From Vicugna vicugna (taxonomy: Eukaryota): DNA of 64,000 nucleotides. The notes under the pieces were generated by a model. That model had not been told where the DNA came from. It ran no database searches and saw only the letters and a program-made list of their open reading frames with translations. Position numbers and translations under genes: made by a program. Shown piece by piece: positions 38,306 through 51,493 of this stretch (its first letter is position 1; every line of letters starts with the position of its first letter). The DNA is taken from NCBI GenBank assembly GCA_013265495.1, contig MU058636.1, positions 4,065,741 through 4,129,740 on the forward strand, in the 5' to 3' direction.

Positions 38306-39869
38306 AAAATGATAATATGTATACTATCCTTCAATGTCCACATTTCTGAAGTTACACACTAATAAGATGAAAAAATCAGATGGAAATTGTAAGTTGAAAG
38401 TCTTCTTGATCATTTAAATTTCATCCAGTGGAACCTCACTGCAGGATTAAAAACCCTTTGTCTTAGACAATTTCTGCAATGCTGCCCAGTATCTGTACAG
38501 GACAGAACAGATTTAGGCTGTGATTATCATGTGCATGACTACCTCTCAAGGCATTTTTGAATCAAATGGGTTTTAATTACATTAAGGATAAAAGAACTGA
38601 TGTCTTTTGATATTTCTAAGAAATAAGTAACAGCTCAAGAACCAGGAATCTTCACAATCCCCAGATCTTGATGGGTGGTTGAATGTATGGCTTATTTTGG
38701 CTTCGGAAAAATTTGTATTTTTCAGTAGAATGAACTTATCCTAACTAGGCAGTTCTTTTTTTTTTTTTTCCCTATCTTGAAAGATTGAAGAACACCAGGA
38801 AAGAATAAGAGTAAAGGTCACCCCAGCACAGTCTTAATGATTTTGTAGAATTTTTTAGCTTGGGATTGAAGGTTTTCTTTAGTTAAGAAAAGTACAGTAT
38901 TCATTTCAAGTTTATTTTTCTTTCAAACTTAAGGGCATACAGTATGTACACTATTACCTATGTTATGTAAATATTTATAAAAATATGCTCTAGCAATAGC
39001 TGGTAAGGATGATTTAAAATGCTATCACTAGCTTTCCTTAATACTTTAAAAATCATTCTGCTTTCAACTTTTCGATTACCTATAATAAATCTTTCTCATC
39101 TCTTATTCCTGAGGGAAATCACTGGAAAGGAAACTCAGCTGGATTTCTTTTGAGAAGGCAGATAAACTAAGACTTCTAAGACATAATTTGTCACTTAAAA
39201 GACATCCAGAAAAATAAAAGCTATACTGAGGATCTACTTTGTCAACTTTCTCAAAAACTCCATTTTAAACTCTGAATAATACTGTCTACCTACTTAATAT
39301 AAGATTAACTAGATGGAGTCTAACTAGATAGATTCACTGTTGGCATAGCTTCAGGCAACTCATTGTTTTTTCCTTTTGTGATGTCTTGGCCTAACCTCAA
39401 TGTGCAAGACTCATGCGTCCTGAAAGCCATGTCCAGAAGATTTCTGCTCTCCTTCATTAATGTCTGGAAGAGGCCTCAGTTACATCCTGCCTATGAGTTG
39501 CACATGCAACAGCGCCAACAGTGCTGATCCACCAACTTGAACACTGAAGGCAGTGAGGATCTACATGGATGGAAGAAAAGTGCCTGGTCGAGAGAAATGT
39601 GGCAGGTTTAGAAAGAAAACTTAAGGTTGGAACATCTTCAAAGAGGTTGGTTTGTATGCTTTCTTTTCCTGTATTTTAATCCAGCGGTTATTGAACAGCT
39701 GCATGTGTACTGTGTAAGGCAACAAGAGAATATAAACGAAGTGTGAGAACCATCTCTATTGCCCTAAAAGTTTTAACAGTTGGGAAGACAAGACACAGAC
39801 AAAAGTTAAACAATAAGGCTGTGTGCAGAAATGAGAATTTGTGAAGCAGACTTCCGGAGTATGGAGTGG

Positions 39870-40200
39870 GGAGGACAGGCACCTTTCAAAGAGGAAAGAG
39901 GTAGCGGGGTAGCAAGACAACGGTGAAGAAATCACGGTAGAGGCGTGTTTTAGAGGCAGAGGACAGGGAAGCAACAGCACCGTTAGCAGAAATAGAGGTA
40001 TGAGAGTGTTCAGCATGTTCAAGGCTCTCCGAAGAAGCCAGAGTGCTGCAGTGATAGCAAGTGGCAGGAGACGACACTGGAAAAGAAAGGCTTGGACCGG
40101 GTTGTGAAGAACTGTGAATTTCCTGCCAAGGAGCTTGATTTAACGTACTGGCAATGGGGCATCATCTAAGGTTTTAAGCGGGAGAGTGCGATTCACCTCA
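39870..40200 (+). mobile_element. L2 fragment
   Basis: 'tgccaaggagcttgattt…ggcaatggggcatcatctaaggttttaagcgggagagtg'. Confidence 0.6.
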
Positions 40201-42979
40201 TCACATATACATTTTTTAATTAAAAATGATTTTTGAGTTAAAAATGAAATTAAAAGAGAAAAAATGATGACAAAATGAGGCTGCTCTTACATTGGACGTC
40301 AATGTCTTTTTACAGCTCGGAAGCTTTCTATTCAATGCTGTTCAACATGCTGGTCTAAGAAAAGGGAAGGAGACGTGCCCTGTGTTGGGTAAGTCAAGGA
40401 ATCTCAGGATTCTTTCCGTGGTCCTGAGATTCCTAGGAGCAAGCAGTTTACTGAGCTCCAGAAATCAGGGGGCTGAGGAAAATGTCAACATCAAGAGTTT
40501 TCACAGGCCACACAGATGTGGCAGGTGCCATAAGACAGCAGCCTGAGCATCTCAGCACCTCCTGCTGGTCACTCCTGCCCCTGCCTCTGGACCTCCAAGA
40601 CCCCAGAGTTCCCAGGGATTACCCTCTCTGGCTTTTCCCCCATCCTCCCTGAAATCTGGATAAAGAACCAAGGTTAGAAAGTCAGTGACCTGCTCAAATT
40701 CACTCCATCAGGCAGAATAAGAACCAGAAGCTGAGTGCTTTCCTTAACATCATAGGGCCTTTGCCAAAGATGTCAACCTTCCATCCCGGGTACAGTTCCA
40801 GAAACCTGAATTTCCAAACTCCGGACCTTTCTATATGAACCTATGATGTCTGTTTTTCCCTCTTAACTTCAACTGACTTTCGGAGTTCACATCTTGACTA
40901 CACTTTCCAGCTCCTTCTTCCTGTGAAGCCAGACTTCTGTTATCTGGGTCCCCTCTGAAGGTACAAGGAGGGGAAGAGTCTTAACCAGGTAGGTAACCAG
41001 GTTACCTAGAGGTTAGGTTATCAGGGTACTGCGTGGCAAGTTAAGAAACAACGAAGCAAAATGCCCAGAGGTGGGCAGTTAAGTCTGAGTACGTGCTCTG
41101 GGGAGGTTTGCGTTAATTATAGGCACAAAATTGGCAAAATCCGTTTACCATCAGCTACTATGGCAAGGGGGTGGGATGAGAGGCTAGACAGGCTCACAGC
41201 CTTTGGCTGCATAAGGAATGGATTGGTGTCCATGCTTTGGACTAGGGGGGAACACTTCAGCTCCAATTTTAAGCAGGAACTAGAATTTATGCTGAAATTT
41301 TTAAACTGGATCCCCATTTTTTGCCCAGTAGGGATCCTTCTGAGCTGGTATTCAGCTGCTGAACTGGATTTTAATCACTGTAGCATGTAGGAAGAAGCTG
41401 GGTCCCAAAGAGAATGCAATTTCAAAGAGAGCACAGAAACAGGCAGCGCAGACTTGGGCGGGAGAGAGAGGGCAGCCCACTGTGGCCACAGCAAACCTCA
41501 GAACCTAGTGAAGGAGTACAGAGGCTGCTGGGAAATAAACGGGAAGCACACCAGACACAGAGGCGGTTGCAGCTGCCTAAGCCAAGCCCAGGTCTCAGAA
41601 ATCAGGGCACAAAGCAAGAAGGGGGCAGCCGGTAAAGATGTGATCTATGGGACAAGGACAGAGGAGACACGAGGAAGAGGACACAGCCTGGGCACCCTGG
41701 CTAAGGGTTATCATCCATCCCTTAGGGGAAAGAGCTCCAGGTTCATACCAGCACCCATTACAAATCTTTCAGCTTAAAGCCTGCTTCATTTGCCACCGAG
41801 GGCATCTGCTCCTCACTCACAGAGACCCTGCCATTCTCCCTGCTCTGCCCTCCCACTTCTTTTCCCAGCAAAAATCCTATTTTTCCCCTCTTCGTGATCC
41901 TTCTTCCAAAGTGTTCCACAGGATTTTAAAGTGTTTTCATTATCTGATTATCCCTACTTCTAGGAAGATAAGTTCACTTTTCTTCCAAAAGTACCTAGAA
42001 GGCAGCATGGTGACTTAACATCAGAAAAGCCCACGTGCTTTATAGTCCTTCTGCCCCCACCCACCCTTCCACCCTCTGGTCTCATCTCACACGGGCCACT
42101 CCCACACTGCTGCCCACCTCCTCTGGGTTGCCACTCCATTCATACTGGAGCAAGGGACAGTTTGTTCCTCTAGACCACAGCCCTCCCCCTTTCTAGAGCA
42201 CGTTCCTTCCCTGGGGAAGGGGACAGGATGGGCGTAGGCAGGTAGAGACGCTGGCTCAGGGATGCACAGGGCATTGTACATTCTGGCAGACGTGCCTTGC
42301 CCTGCTCCGTCTTTATTCACAGGGATTTTTCTCTCAGGACTCCTATATTTTTTCCTTCCAATCTGATTTCCTTTGGGACACTCAGCCCAACAGAAGTATC
42401 TGAATATATATTGGTTTCAAACATCCCTACAGAGCTCCTGCTCCATCAAGTGCATTGAAAGATACAGTTGCACCTTGCTCTCTGTGGCAGTTAACAACTT
42501 CCCCAATGTTCTCTGGCAGTTAAGAGGTGAGTCTTCCTTGTACTCTGCAGCTGAGTCAGAGGTCATGAGTTCTAAGGTTCCTCAGCTCTGGTCTTGGATG
42601 AAAATGCCCTTTTACATGCATACAACAAACTATGTATAATTTTCATTTCTAAGTGTGTGTTCAGTCATTCAGTATATCATTTTGCTATCTTCACATAAAA
42701 TCCCAAGTTAAAGAATTCTAGGTATTTGTCTCTGCCCACACTTGGATTGGGTAGACCTCAAGACAAGGTTCCCAGAGTTCACAAGCCCAAGGGGGCAGCA
42801 CTCTTGTGCTACCAAGGCCCATTTCTGCAGGGGGTGAGACGCCGACACAGGCTGGTGGGAGAGGTCATGGAGAGGCTGGGCAGGGAAGGGGAACCTAGGG
42901 AAGGACCATGCAGGAGTCAAAATTCTCATGTACCTGGGTACACGCAAGAAGAGGATGTGATTACATTTTATGAGGGACA

Positions 42980-43430
42980 CTGATCTGTAGTTTTCTTTTG
43001 GCATCATTTTTGTTTAGTTTTGGTATGAAGTTAATACCAGCATCATAAAATAAGTTGGAGAGTATTCCCTTATCTTCTATTTTCTGGAAAAATGTGCAGA
43101 ATTGGTGTTAATTCTTCAAGTATTTGGCTTCTCCCATGAAATCATCAGGGACTGGAGAAATTGTTTCTTTTTTCAGTTTTTAATATTATGAATTAAATTT
43201 CTTTACTAGTTATAAGGCTATTCAAATTATCCATTTCATACTGGGTGAGACTTGATAGCTTGAGCTTTTTTGTATGTATGTATGTATGTATGTCTAATAT
43301 ATACATTTTATTAGATTCAGGTACACAACATAATGATTTGATATTTGTATATACTTGTATATATTGTGGAATCACCATAAGTCTAACTAGTTAACATCTG
43401 TCACTATACCAAGCTGCATATTTTTTTTTC
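42980..43430 (-). mobile_element. L1 ORF2 fragment plus a separate L1 3' tail with a (TATG)n-converted tail
   Basis: 'ctgtagttttctttt…gttttggtatgaagttaataccagcatcataaaataagttggagagtattcc', then (tatg)n at ~43271-43293 and 'ttcaggtacacaacataatgatttgatatttgtata'. Confidence 0.7.
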
Positions 43431-45379
43431 TGCACTGCATAGTTTTATCTTTTTGCAGCATGGAATTCAAGATTTTAAGGCTTCTGGTGTTTGTCAGGAT
43501 TAGAATCCTTGTTCCACCAAGTATTAGCAAGATAACCTCTCAAAACCTTGGGGTTTTTTTGTCTAGAGACAGTATCTTCCTCATTGGATTGTGTAAATGT
43601 AATGGATGATATTTGTAAAGTGCTTTAAAAATAATGCCAAACCCACCAGGAGGCTGGTCAATAGTTAGGAATGTAAAAAGTGGTGGCTGCCCGTTCTTGG
43701 CTCGGACAATAGGGTTTATATTCTGACAGGAGAGGAATGAGCCCCGAGGCCAGGGCCCAGGCTACCTGCTGGGTCAGTCTGGGGAAGAGATGAGGAAAGG
43801 GAAGAGAGTTCCAGCAGCTGGATGGAGATGCCAGTTTCTGGGGCAACTGTCCACAGAAATCTTGCTAGAGAGATTGAGTCACAAATTAAGGGTAGGGTGG
43901 GATAAAGCTCGAGAACTAGGTGAACGGGACACTACCCATCACTAAACTGAGATAGCCCATAAGATAAAGAGAGGTGAGTGGGTGGGGAAAGAAAACCAGT
44001 ATGAGGCAGTGGAGGTGCAATGAGATTTGGATATGGATAAGAACTCATCACAATTCACCTCATGAGCCCCAGCTTAGTGGAGGAGGAATTTCCTTCCTCT
44101 CGTGTGGGATTTGGTATTGTTGCTACTAGACTGGAGGCAGGTGGTTAAAACGAAGGACCTAGTTGGATGCCAGCAGCTACCTGTCAAGATATTAGGGGGC
44201 AGCCTTAGTTTAAAATCTACCCTCTCTTCTGCCGAGTAGCTTGGCGATGCTTTGTAGATTGTGTCTGCCAAATTTTGTTATTGAAAACAAAAATGTTTTT
44301 AATATACACTTGAGATGATGAGCAAAATTAAGGTGAAGAGATTTCAAATCTCCTTCTAGCTAGTCAGGAAGGGTTTCAGGGAGAAAAGAATTTAGTAAAG
44401 AAAAGGGAGACAGAATTGGTTTGTGAAAAAGAGAACTCTGTTCCAGGTGTAATGAAAGGTCTCAGAGAGGACTGTGGACAAGAACTGAAGGAAGGGATGC
44501 AGATATAGCCAGAGGGTAATAAGTAGCCCAAAGTTTGTAAAACTGGGATTAGGAACAGCCAAGGAAATACAGGAAGGGGCTGGCAAGCCAAAGGGGACAT
44601 TAAGGACTGAAATATTAGGGCTGGATCTTTGAGGTGAAAGTAGAGGCGATTCTGGGCTAGTACATGTGAGATGCTTAATAATCAGTGCTTTTCTTAATCA
44701 CATGAACAAACGGAGGCAGAAAGGTTGGCTTCCCAAGAGGGGCCCCCAGGAATCTGGTTGAGACATGAGCCTCGGGGTGCAGCCCAGGAGTCTCTCTGAC
44801 TTGTCTGGGAGGGACGGAGCTCACCGTTCAGAGACATGTGCTCTACAGAATGTGGATTTGTAGAAGGCCAAAAAGAAAGCCTCTCCTTTATATTTTCCCT
44901 TAACTTTGCATTCTACAATATTTGAAGCACACAAACCAGTATACATGAGTTATGAAGAAAAATGCACAAATGAATGATGGTACAGTGGTAACGAGAAAAT
45001 GACCAATACACCATTTACGTTGTTTGGGCTCTTCCAGATTCCATTCCATTCACGCCTCTGGGCTGGGGCACTGGCTCTGTTCCTCTCAACACGAGGTTTC
45101 CTTCGCTAAGTCAAAGCAGCTGTCTAGCTGTTTTGTGTCCCAGCCATTGGCACAGGAGAAAGAGAATCTGGAATCTTTTAAAAAAATGGCTTGGAAGCTG
45201 CATGAATCACTTCTCACATCCAGTTGCCAGAACTTAGTCATTTAGCCACGCCTATCTGCAGAGACTCAAGAATTTACTCTGTAACTGGGTGGCCATATGT
45301 TCAGCTAAAACTTGGGGATGTTCTACTAGTAAAGGAAGGATAGATGTGAACACTGGGCGACAGTTCACAGCCACTGACA

Positions 45380-47400
45380 TAGTTCAGCTTTACAACACAA
45401 TGCCATATCGATTTTCAGAATGGGTAAATTGATTTACACCCTCCAGCAGGAGATAAAATTTCCATTAATACACATTCTCAATGATAGCTGTTGATTCAAA
45501 TGTCTTACATTTTTATTTTTTTTTAAACTTAACAGGTGTAAAATATTTCATTATGATCTTAAGTTGCAATTCCCTGATTACTGATGTTGATTACTATTGA
45601 AGTCTGTTGATTATTGTTTTTTTCTTCAGTGAAATAAATTCCTGTTCAAATCTTTTGCCTATTCCTCCCCACCCCCACTCCCACTGGGTTATCTTTTTTA
45701 TTCATTTGTTAGGTTTTTAGATTTTTGTATAAAATCCTGAATACTGACCATTTGTCAATTATATGTTGTAAATATCTTCTTGCTTCTATGGCTTCTCCTT
45801 TCATGTTATGATACTTTTTGTTAATATATGTTCTTAATTTTAACATCATAATTTTGGATATTTTATAGTTAAAGATTTATTGTCTTGTTTAAGATGAATC
45901 TCCCTACTTGAAGGCTGTAAAAATGCTCTTTCATTCCCTTCTAAAAGTTTTAAAGTTCTACTTTACATAGTTAAAGCTTATAAAATACTTAGAATCAATT
46001 TTATGTAAGGCATGAGACGGGGATACGGTTTGGCCTGTCTTTCCTGCAGGTGTGTTAACACTCTATCACTTAAGTTTCTACGTAGGTGTGAGTCTTTTTA
46101 TGGGCTCTCTTTAGTTCCACTGACAATATGTCTATCCTTACATCTAGCTAAACAATGTTTTAATTACCACAGACATAGTAAGTTCTGAGATCTGGTAAGT
46201 CAAGTCCTCCCATCATCTTCTGATCTACTATTTTTGTCCTTTTCTTTTCTACATATATTTTGGAGCAAATTATCAAATTTCTCTAACGAAGTGCCATTTA
46301 GCATTTTGGCAAGCATTGCAAATAATGTATACGTAAATGGGTGAAAACTGTTACCTTTACAATGTCTACAAGTTTACAACTCTTACAACAGTACTGATAT
46401 CTTCACAACATTGAATCTGTCTTTCCATTAAGTATGGTATATCTTTTCATTTATTTAAATAATCTTTAATGTTTTTTAATAACATTTAAAAGTACTCTCT
46501 GAGAAGGTCTTGCACATCGTCTGTAAAATTTATTCACAGGTACTCCTTGTTTTGTTTTTGTTATTGTTATTAGTTTGGTTTTTCTTTTAAAACTACAATT
46601 TCTAACTTGTGTTATAGAAATTGTGTATAGAAATGAAACTGACTTTTGAATATTAACCTTACATTTAAACTTGGTTACCTCTATAATTTATTATTATAAT
46701 TATATTGATAATTATATAGATTGTTTTGGGTTTTCTATGTACACAGCCTGATGTGAATAATGACAGTTTTATTTTCTCCTTTCTAATCCTTCTATTCTTT
46801 ATTTCTTTTTCTTGATTTACTGCTCTGTCCAGGACCGTTGGAACCATTTGGAATGGACGTGGCAGAAAGGCACCATTCTCTTGTTCTTGATTTTAAAGGG
46901 AATGCTTCTAATGTTTCACCATTACGATGTTAGGTGTAGGTTCTGAGTAGGTCATCTTACTCATATTAACAGATTTCCCTTCTGTTTCTTACCATGACTT
47001 TGCCAAGTGTTTCTTCTTCCTTTTAATAATGAATAAGTGTGGAATTTTATCAAATGTTCTTTGTGTCCCTATTGAAGTGTCTGTACTTTTTTCTCCCATG
47101 TTAATGTGATTAATTACATTCAGATATTTTCTAATGGTAATCACTCCTGCATCTCTAGAATAATCCCAATTTAGTCAGAATGTAGTTTCTGTTCTTTATG
47201 TTACTGGATCTAGTATGCTTTTACCATGTCTAGGATTTTTTTCATGTAGATAAATGAGAACGACTGTCCCATAATTTTCCTTTATCATATGCTCCTTGTC
47301 TGATTTTGGTGTCACAGTTGTGTGGGCCTCAGAGTCAAGCTGGGGAATGTCCTCCTATTTTTCTGTTCTCTAGAAAAGTTTATACCATATGAAATTGTTG
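45380..47400 (-). mobile_element. Old L1 ORF2 fragment (antisense)
   Basis: A T-rich strand with 'tcttgttcttgattttaaagggaatgcttctaatgtttcaccatt'. The minus ORF 'VLDRAVNQEKEIKNRRIRKEKIKLSLF' is a decayed L1 RT motif (QEKEIKGIQIGKEEVKLSLFADD). Confidence 0.85.
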
Positions 47401-48399
47401 TTCTTGTATATAATAATGAAAATTCTGGAATTCTGAGAAAAAAAGTTTTAGTCAACCCATGTGTACCATTAACATTAATAATTTTCTTCTACTAACATAC
47501 TAAATATTATGTTCAATTTTTAAAAATTGAGTGGTTTTAGACAGCATAAGTTTTCTTAGCCCTCCAATTTACTACTTCTTTACTGAAAGAGGTTTTATTT
47601 TTCGGCGCTGCAAATGAGGAACATGATGGCAGCCCCCTGGGGAAAGTTTCAGTGAGCACGACATATGCAAATGACGGTGCTGGCAGCGGTTTCACCTGGG
47701 TGTAACGGGCCGCAGTACAGTCACTGGAATCTTCTCTAGTTGCAGCGATGTACCTTTGCATACGTGTGTGCTTCAGCAACATCCAGACCCTGCCCAGACA
47801 GCTTTCGATTGTTGCATTTGTATTTTCTTTGTCACAGGCTTTGATCCTCTACAAAATGGGTCTGGTTTTGATCACCCATCAATTATTGTGCCTATTTGTT
47901 TAATTTTTTTTCACCTTCTCTATTGTAGCCAAGGGTTGATACACTGTGTCACTGGACATGCCTTAAGTTTGCAACAAATGTTTGAATTATTGTTTGGGGG
48001 TTAGTTTTTAATTCATTGATTTTTATTTAAAACAAAGTTGGATCTCTCTTGAGATTTAATTTTGAAAATAAGATTCCCAGATTGAAATTTTTGAACTATC
48101 TTTTGAACAATCCTTTAGTAACAAAACTTTTCCACAGACCAAATGATGCTTCTATCTGCTTCAGGTGTATGATGTTTCAGTTTAAATGATATAAAAAAGA
48201 TCTGCATTTATTTCAAAGATATTGTTTACTTCTGTGGCAAAATGAGAACAATAAAAATAAACTCAAGAACCAAGCAAACTTTAAAAGTACTATACTGTTG
48301 TAAATTCTCAGTAGCAAAAATAGAATTGTATTTATATCAAATTTACAATTCACAGTCAATTTCAACTGACCACATGTTGACATTCCATGTTGTACACTC

Positions 48400-48690
48400 T
48401 AATATATGCCTGGAATAATCCATTTCTTTAAAGTGTGGTAGAACTTGCCCATAAAACCATATACATTACACATACATACATATACAATGAGTTCATGTAA
48501 AAACTGGTGAAAACTGAATAAGATCTATAATCTAGTTAATTGTATTGTGGCAGAGTCAATTTACTGGGTTTGATGCTGCACTAGTTATAAAAGGTGTCAC
48601 CACTGGGGAAAGACGAGTGAAGGGTTCATAGAATTCTGTTCTCTTTTCTATTTCTTGTAAATTTAAAACTATTTCAAAGAATAAAGTTAA
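48400..48690 (+). mobile_element. Old L1 3' terminus
   Basis: 'aaactggtgaaaactgaataagatctataatctagttaattgtattgt…gtcaccactggggaaagacgagtgaaggg…tatttcaaagaataaagtt'. Confidence 0.7.
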
Positions 48691-48949
48691 CAAGAAAACA
48701 CATGGGCCTGTTGTACTTTTATGTATTATTATTATTTTTATTACTACTACTATTATTATTATTATTTTCATCAAAGTATGCAGCATTTACTGCTGAGTCC
48801 AACTCACTGTTGCTCATGTTAATTAAGAACAGGGTCTTTAAAAGGCCTGCGTCAAAGAAGCAGTTTTCACATTTATTTTTCTTAAACTTTGCACTACAGA
48901 ATTTGATCTCTGTGAGAATAACAATAATAGGTATTTTAAAAGAAAACCT

Positions 48950-50460
48950 TGTCTTGGATTGGAAGAATCAATATTGTTATAATGGCCATACTAACAATAT
49001 ACAGATTTAATGTAATCCCTATCAAATTACAGTAACATTTTTCACAGAGCTGGAACAAAAAATGTGAAAATTTGTGTGGAAACACAAAAGACTCCGAATA
49101 GCCACAGAGACTTGAAAAAGGAGAACAGAGCTGGGGGAATCATGCTCCCTGACTTTAGACTATACTACAAAGCTACAGCAATCAAAACAGTATGGTACTG
49201 GCACAAAAACAGACACATCAATGGAACAGGATAAAGTCCAGAAATAAACCACACACTTATGGTCAATTAATCTATAACAAAGGAGGCAAGAGTATACAAT
49301 GGAGAAAAGACAGTCTCTTTAACAAGTGGTACTGGGAAAATTGGACAGCTCCCTGTAAAAGACTGAAATTAGAACATAGTCTCTAACACCATATACAAAA
49401 ATAAACTCGAAATGGATTAAAGACCTAAATGCAAGACCAGATACTATAAAACTACAAGAAAGCATAGGCAGAACACTCTTTGATATAAATCACAGCAATA
49501 TTCTTTTTGAACCAGCTCCTACAGTAATGGAAATAAAAGCAAAAATCAACAAATAGGATCTAATTAAACTTAAAAGCTTTTGCACAGCTAAGGATACCAT
49601 CAGCAAAACGAAAAGATAACCTACAGAATGGGAAAAAATATTTGCAAATGATGCAACCAATAAGGGACTAATTTCCAAAATATATAAATAGCTCATACAG
49701 CTTAATATCAAAAAACAAGCAACCCAATCAAAAAATGGGCAGAAAACCTAAATAAACATCTTTCCAAAGAAGACATCTCAATGGTCAACAAGCACATGAA
49801 AAGATGCTCAACATCACTAATTGTCAGAGAAATGTAAATCAAAATTATAATGAGGTATCACCTTACACCAGTAAGAATGGCCATCATTAAAAAGCTCACA
49901 AACGATAAAAGCTGCCAAGGGTGTGAAGAAAAAGAAACCCTCCTACACTGTTGGTGGGAATGTAAATTGGCGCAGTCACTATGGAGGACAGTATGGAGAT
50001 TCCTCAAAAAACTAAAACTAGACTTAACCATATGATACAGCAATTCCACTCCTGGGCATATATCTGGAGGAAAATATAATTTGAAAAGACACACATAGCC
50101 CAATGTGCACAGCAGCACTATTTACAATAGCCAAGACATGGAAACAAGCCAAATGTCCATTGACAGATGGCTGGATAAAGAAGATGTGGTATATATATAC
50201 AGGAATACTATTCAGCCATAAAAAAGAATAATGCCATTTGCAGCAACATGGATAGATCTGGAGATTGTCATTCTAAGTGAAGTAAGCCAGAAAGAGAAAG
50301 AAAAATGCTAAATGATGTCGCTTATATGTGGAATCTAAAAAAAGGACACAAATGAACTTACCTACAAAACAGAAACAGACTCACTGACATAGAGAACAAA
50401 CTTATGGTTACCAGGGAGTAAAGGGGGTGGGAAGGGATAAACTGGGAATTCAAAATTTGC
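48950..50460 (+). mobile_element. Comparatively young 5'-truncated L1 (ORF2 C-terminus and start of 3'UTR)
   Basis: Clear ORF2 peptides: '[32 protein letters not shown]' and '[15 protein letters not shown]…[12 protein letters not shown]…[13 protein letters not shown]'. It carries stops and frameshifts. Confidence 0.95.
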
Positions 50461-50464
50461 CCCA

Positions 50465-50620
50465 CTTGGGGAGTGATGGAAATGTTAGCTATCTTGACTG
50501 TGGTGGTAGTTTTATTGGTGTTTACATCTATCAAAAGTCATCAAACTGTACATCTGAAATTTGTGTAGTTTACAGGAACCATACCACAATGAAGGTGTTA
50601 CAAATAAATAAATAAATAAA
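50465..50620 (+). mobile_element. Older L1 3' terminus with (AAAT)n tail
   Basis: 'ttggggagtgatggaaatgttagctatcttgactgtggtggtagttt…catcaaactgtacat', then aaataaataaat. Confidence 0.7.
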
Positions 50621-51411
50621 TCCCAGGGATGTTACCTACAGTTGTCTGTCACCCATCTTAACTCTACATTAGTATAAATAATCTAGGTTTGATTATAATT
50701 AAAGACAGAATGATGGAAGATGTCATCTATACAAGGATGTCCACTGAACCTCACAAAGATGACAGTTTAATCCATCTACAAGAGGTAATAACTGAAGCAT
50801 TACTGTAGCAAATCCTTTTACAAGCTTTGCATTCTTAGGTTTCTAATACTAATTTAAAATCACTTTGATTCATCTGGGACCATAACTTCACAGGTCCATT
50901 TCTAATTCCTGGAGTTTCAAAGACTATTCTGTGCTTTAACTTGAAAGTTTTCCCTCTGCTCCCAGGTGTAGAGGCATCTTTGTAATGGACTGGAGGAAAC
51001 CTTTTTTGTCGTCTCTCCTGTCAGTGCTACACTATGTGCACCAAGCCCGCCATGTGGCCCTTTGCTTGTCATTTTAACGGTCGGCTGGGCAGCTGTTAAT
51101 AAAGCAAGTCTATCCGGAAACACCATGATCAGAGACCACATTCAAGAGAGCCTCAAAAAGGAGCGACTAATGTGAGGCTTTTAGCTCTTACTGAATGTCA
51201 CTCTTTTTAAAGTTGTAAGTGAAAGTCTCTGAAAAAAGTCACCTTGTGATAATGACACAGTTCCATCCACTTTTTTTTTTGAGATAAAGAGTCCAGTTTC
51301 ATTTATGTAGTTTATTAAAAAAAAAAAGACTAAGAGTTAGATATTTAAAGTCATTGGGCTACTTTTAATTTTAAAAGTCTACTTCCAATGCTCTAAAATT
51401 GAAATGGCATA

Positions 51412-51493
51412 TTGACACAACATTGTAAACTGACTATACATCAATAAAAAAGCATTTAAAAAATAAAAAGAATTGTAGCCTTCTGCAAAAAAA
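51412..51493 (+). mobile_element. Minimal L1 3'-tail insertion with a 17-bp perfect TSD
   Basis: 'ttgacacaacattgtaaactgactatacatcaataaaaaa' is the same L1 terminus seen at 58990-59030. The TSD aaaattgaaatggcata lies at 51395-51411 and 51494-51510. Confidence 0.9.
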
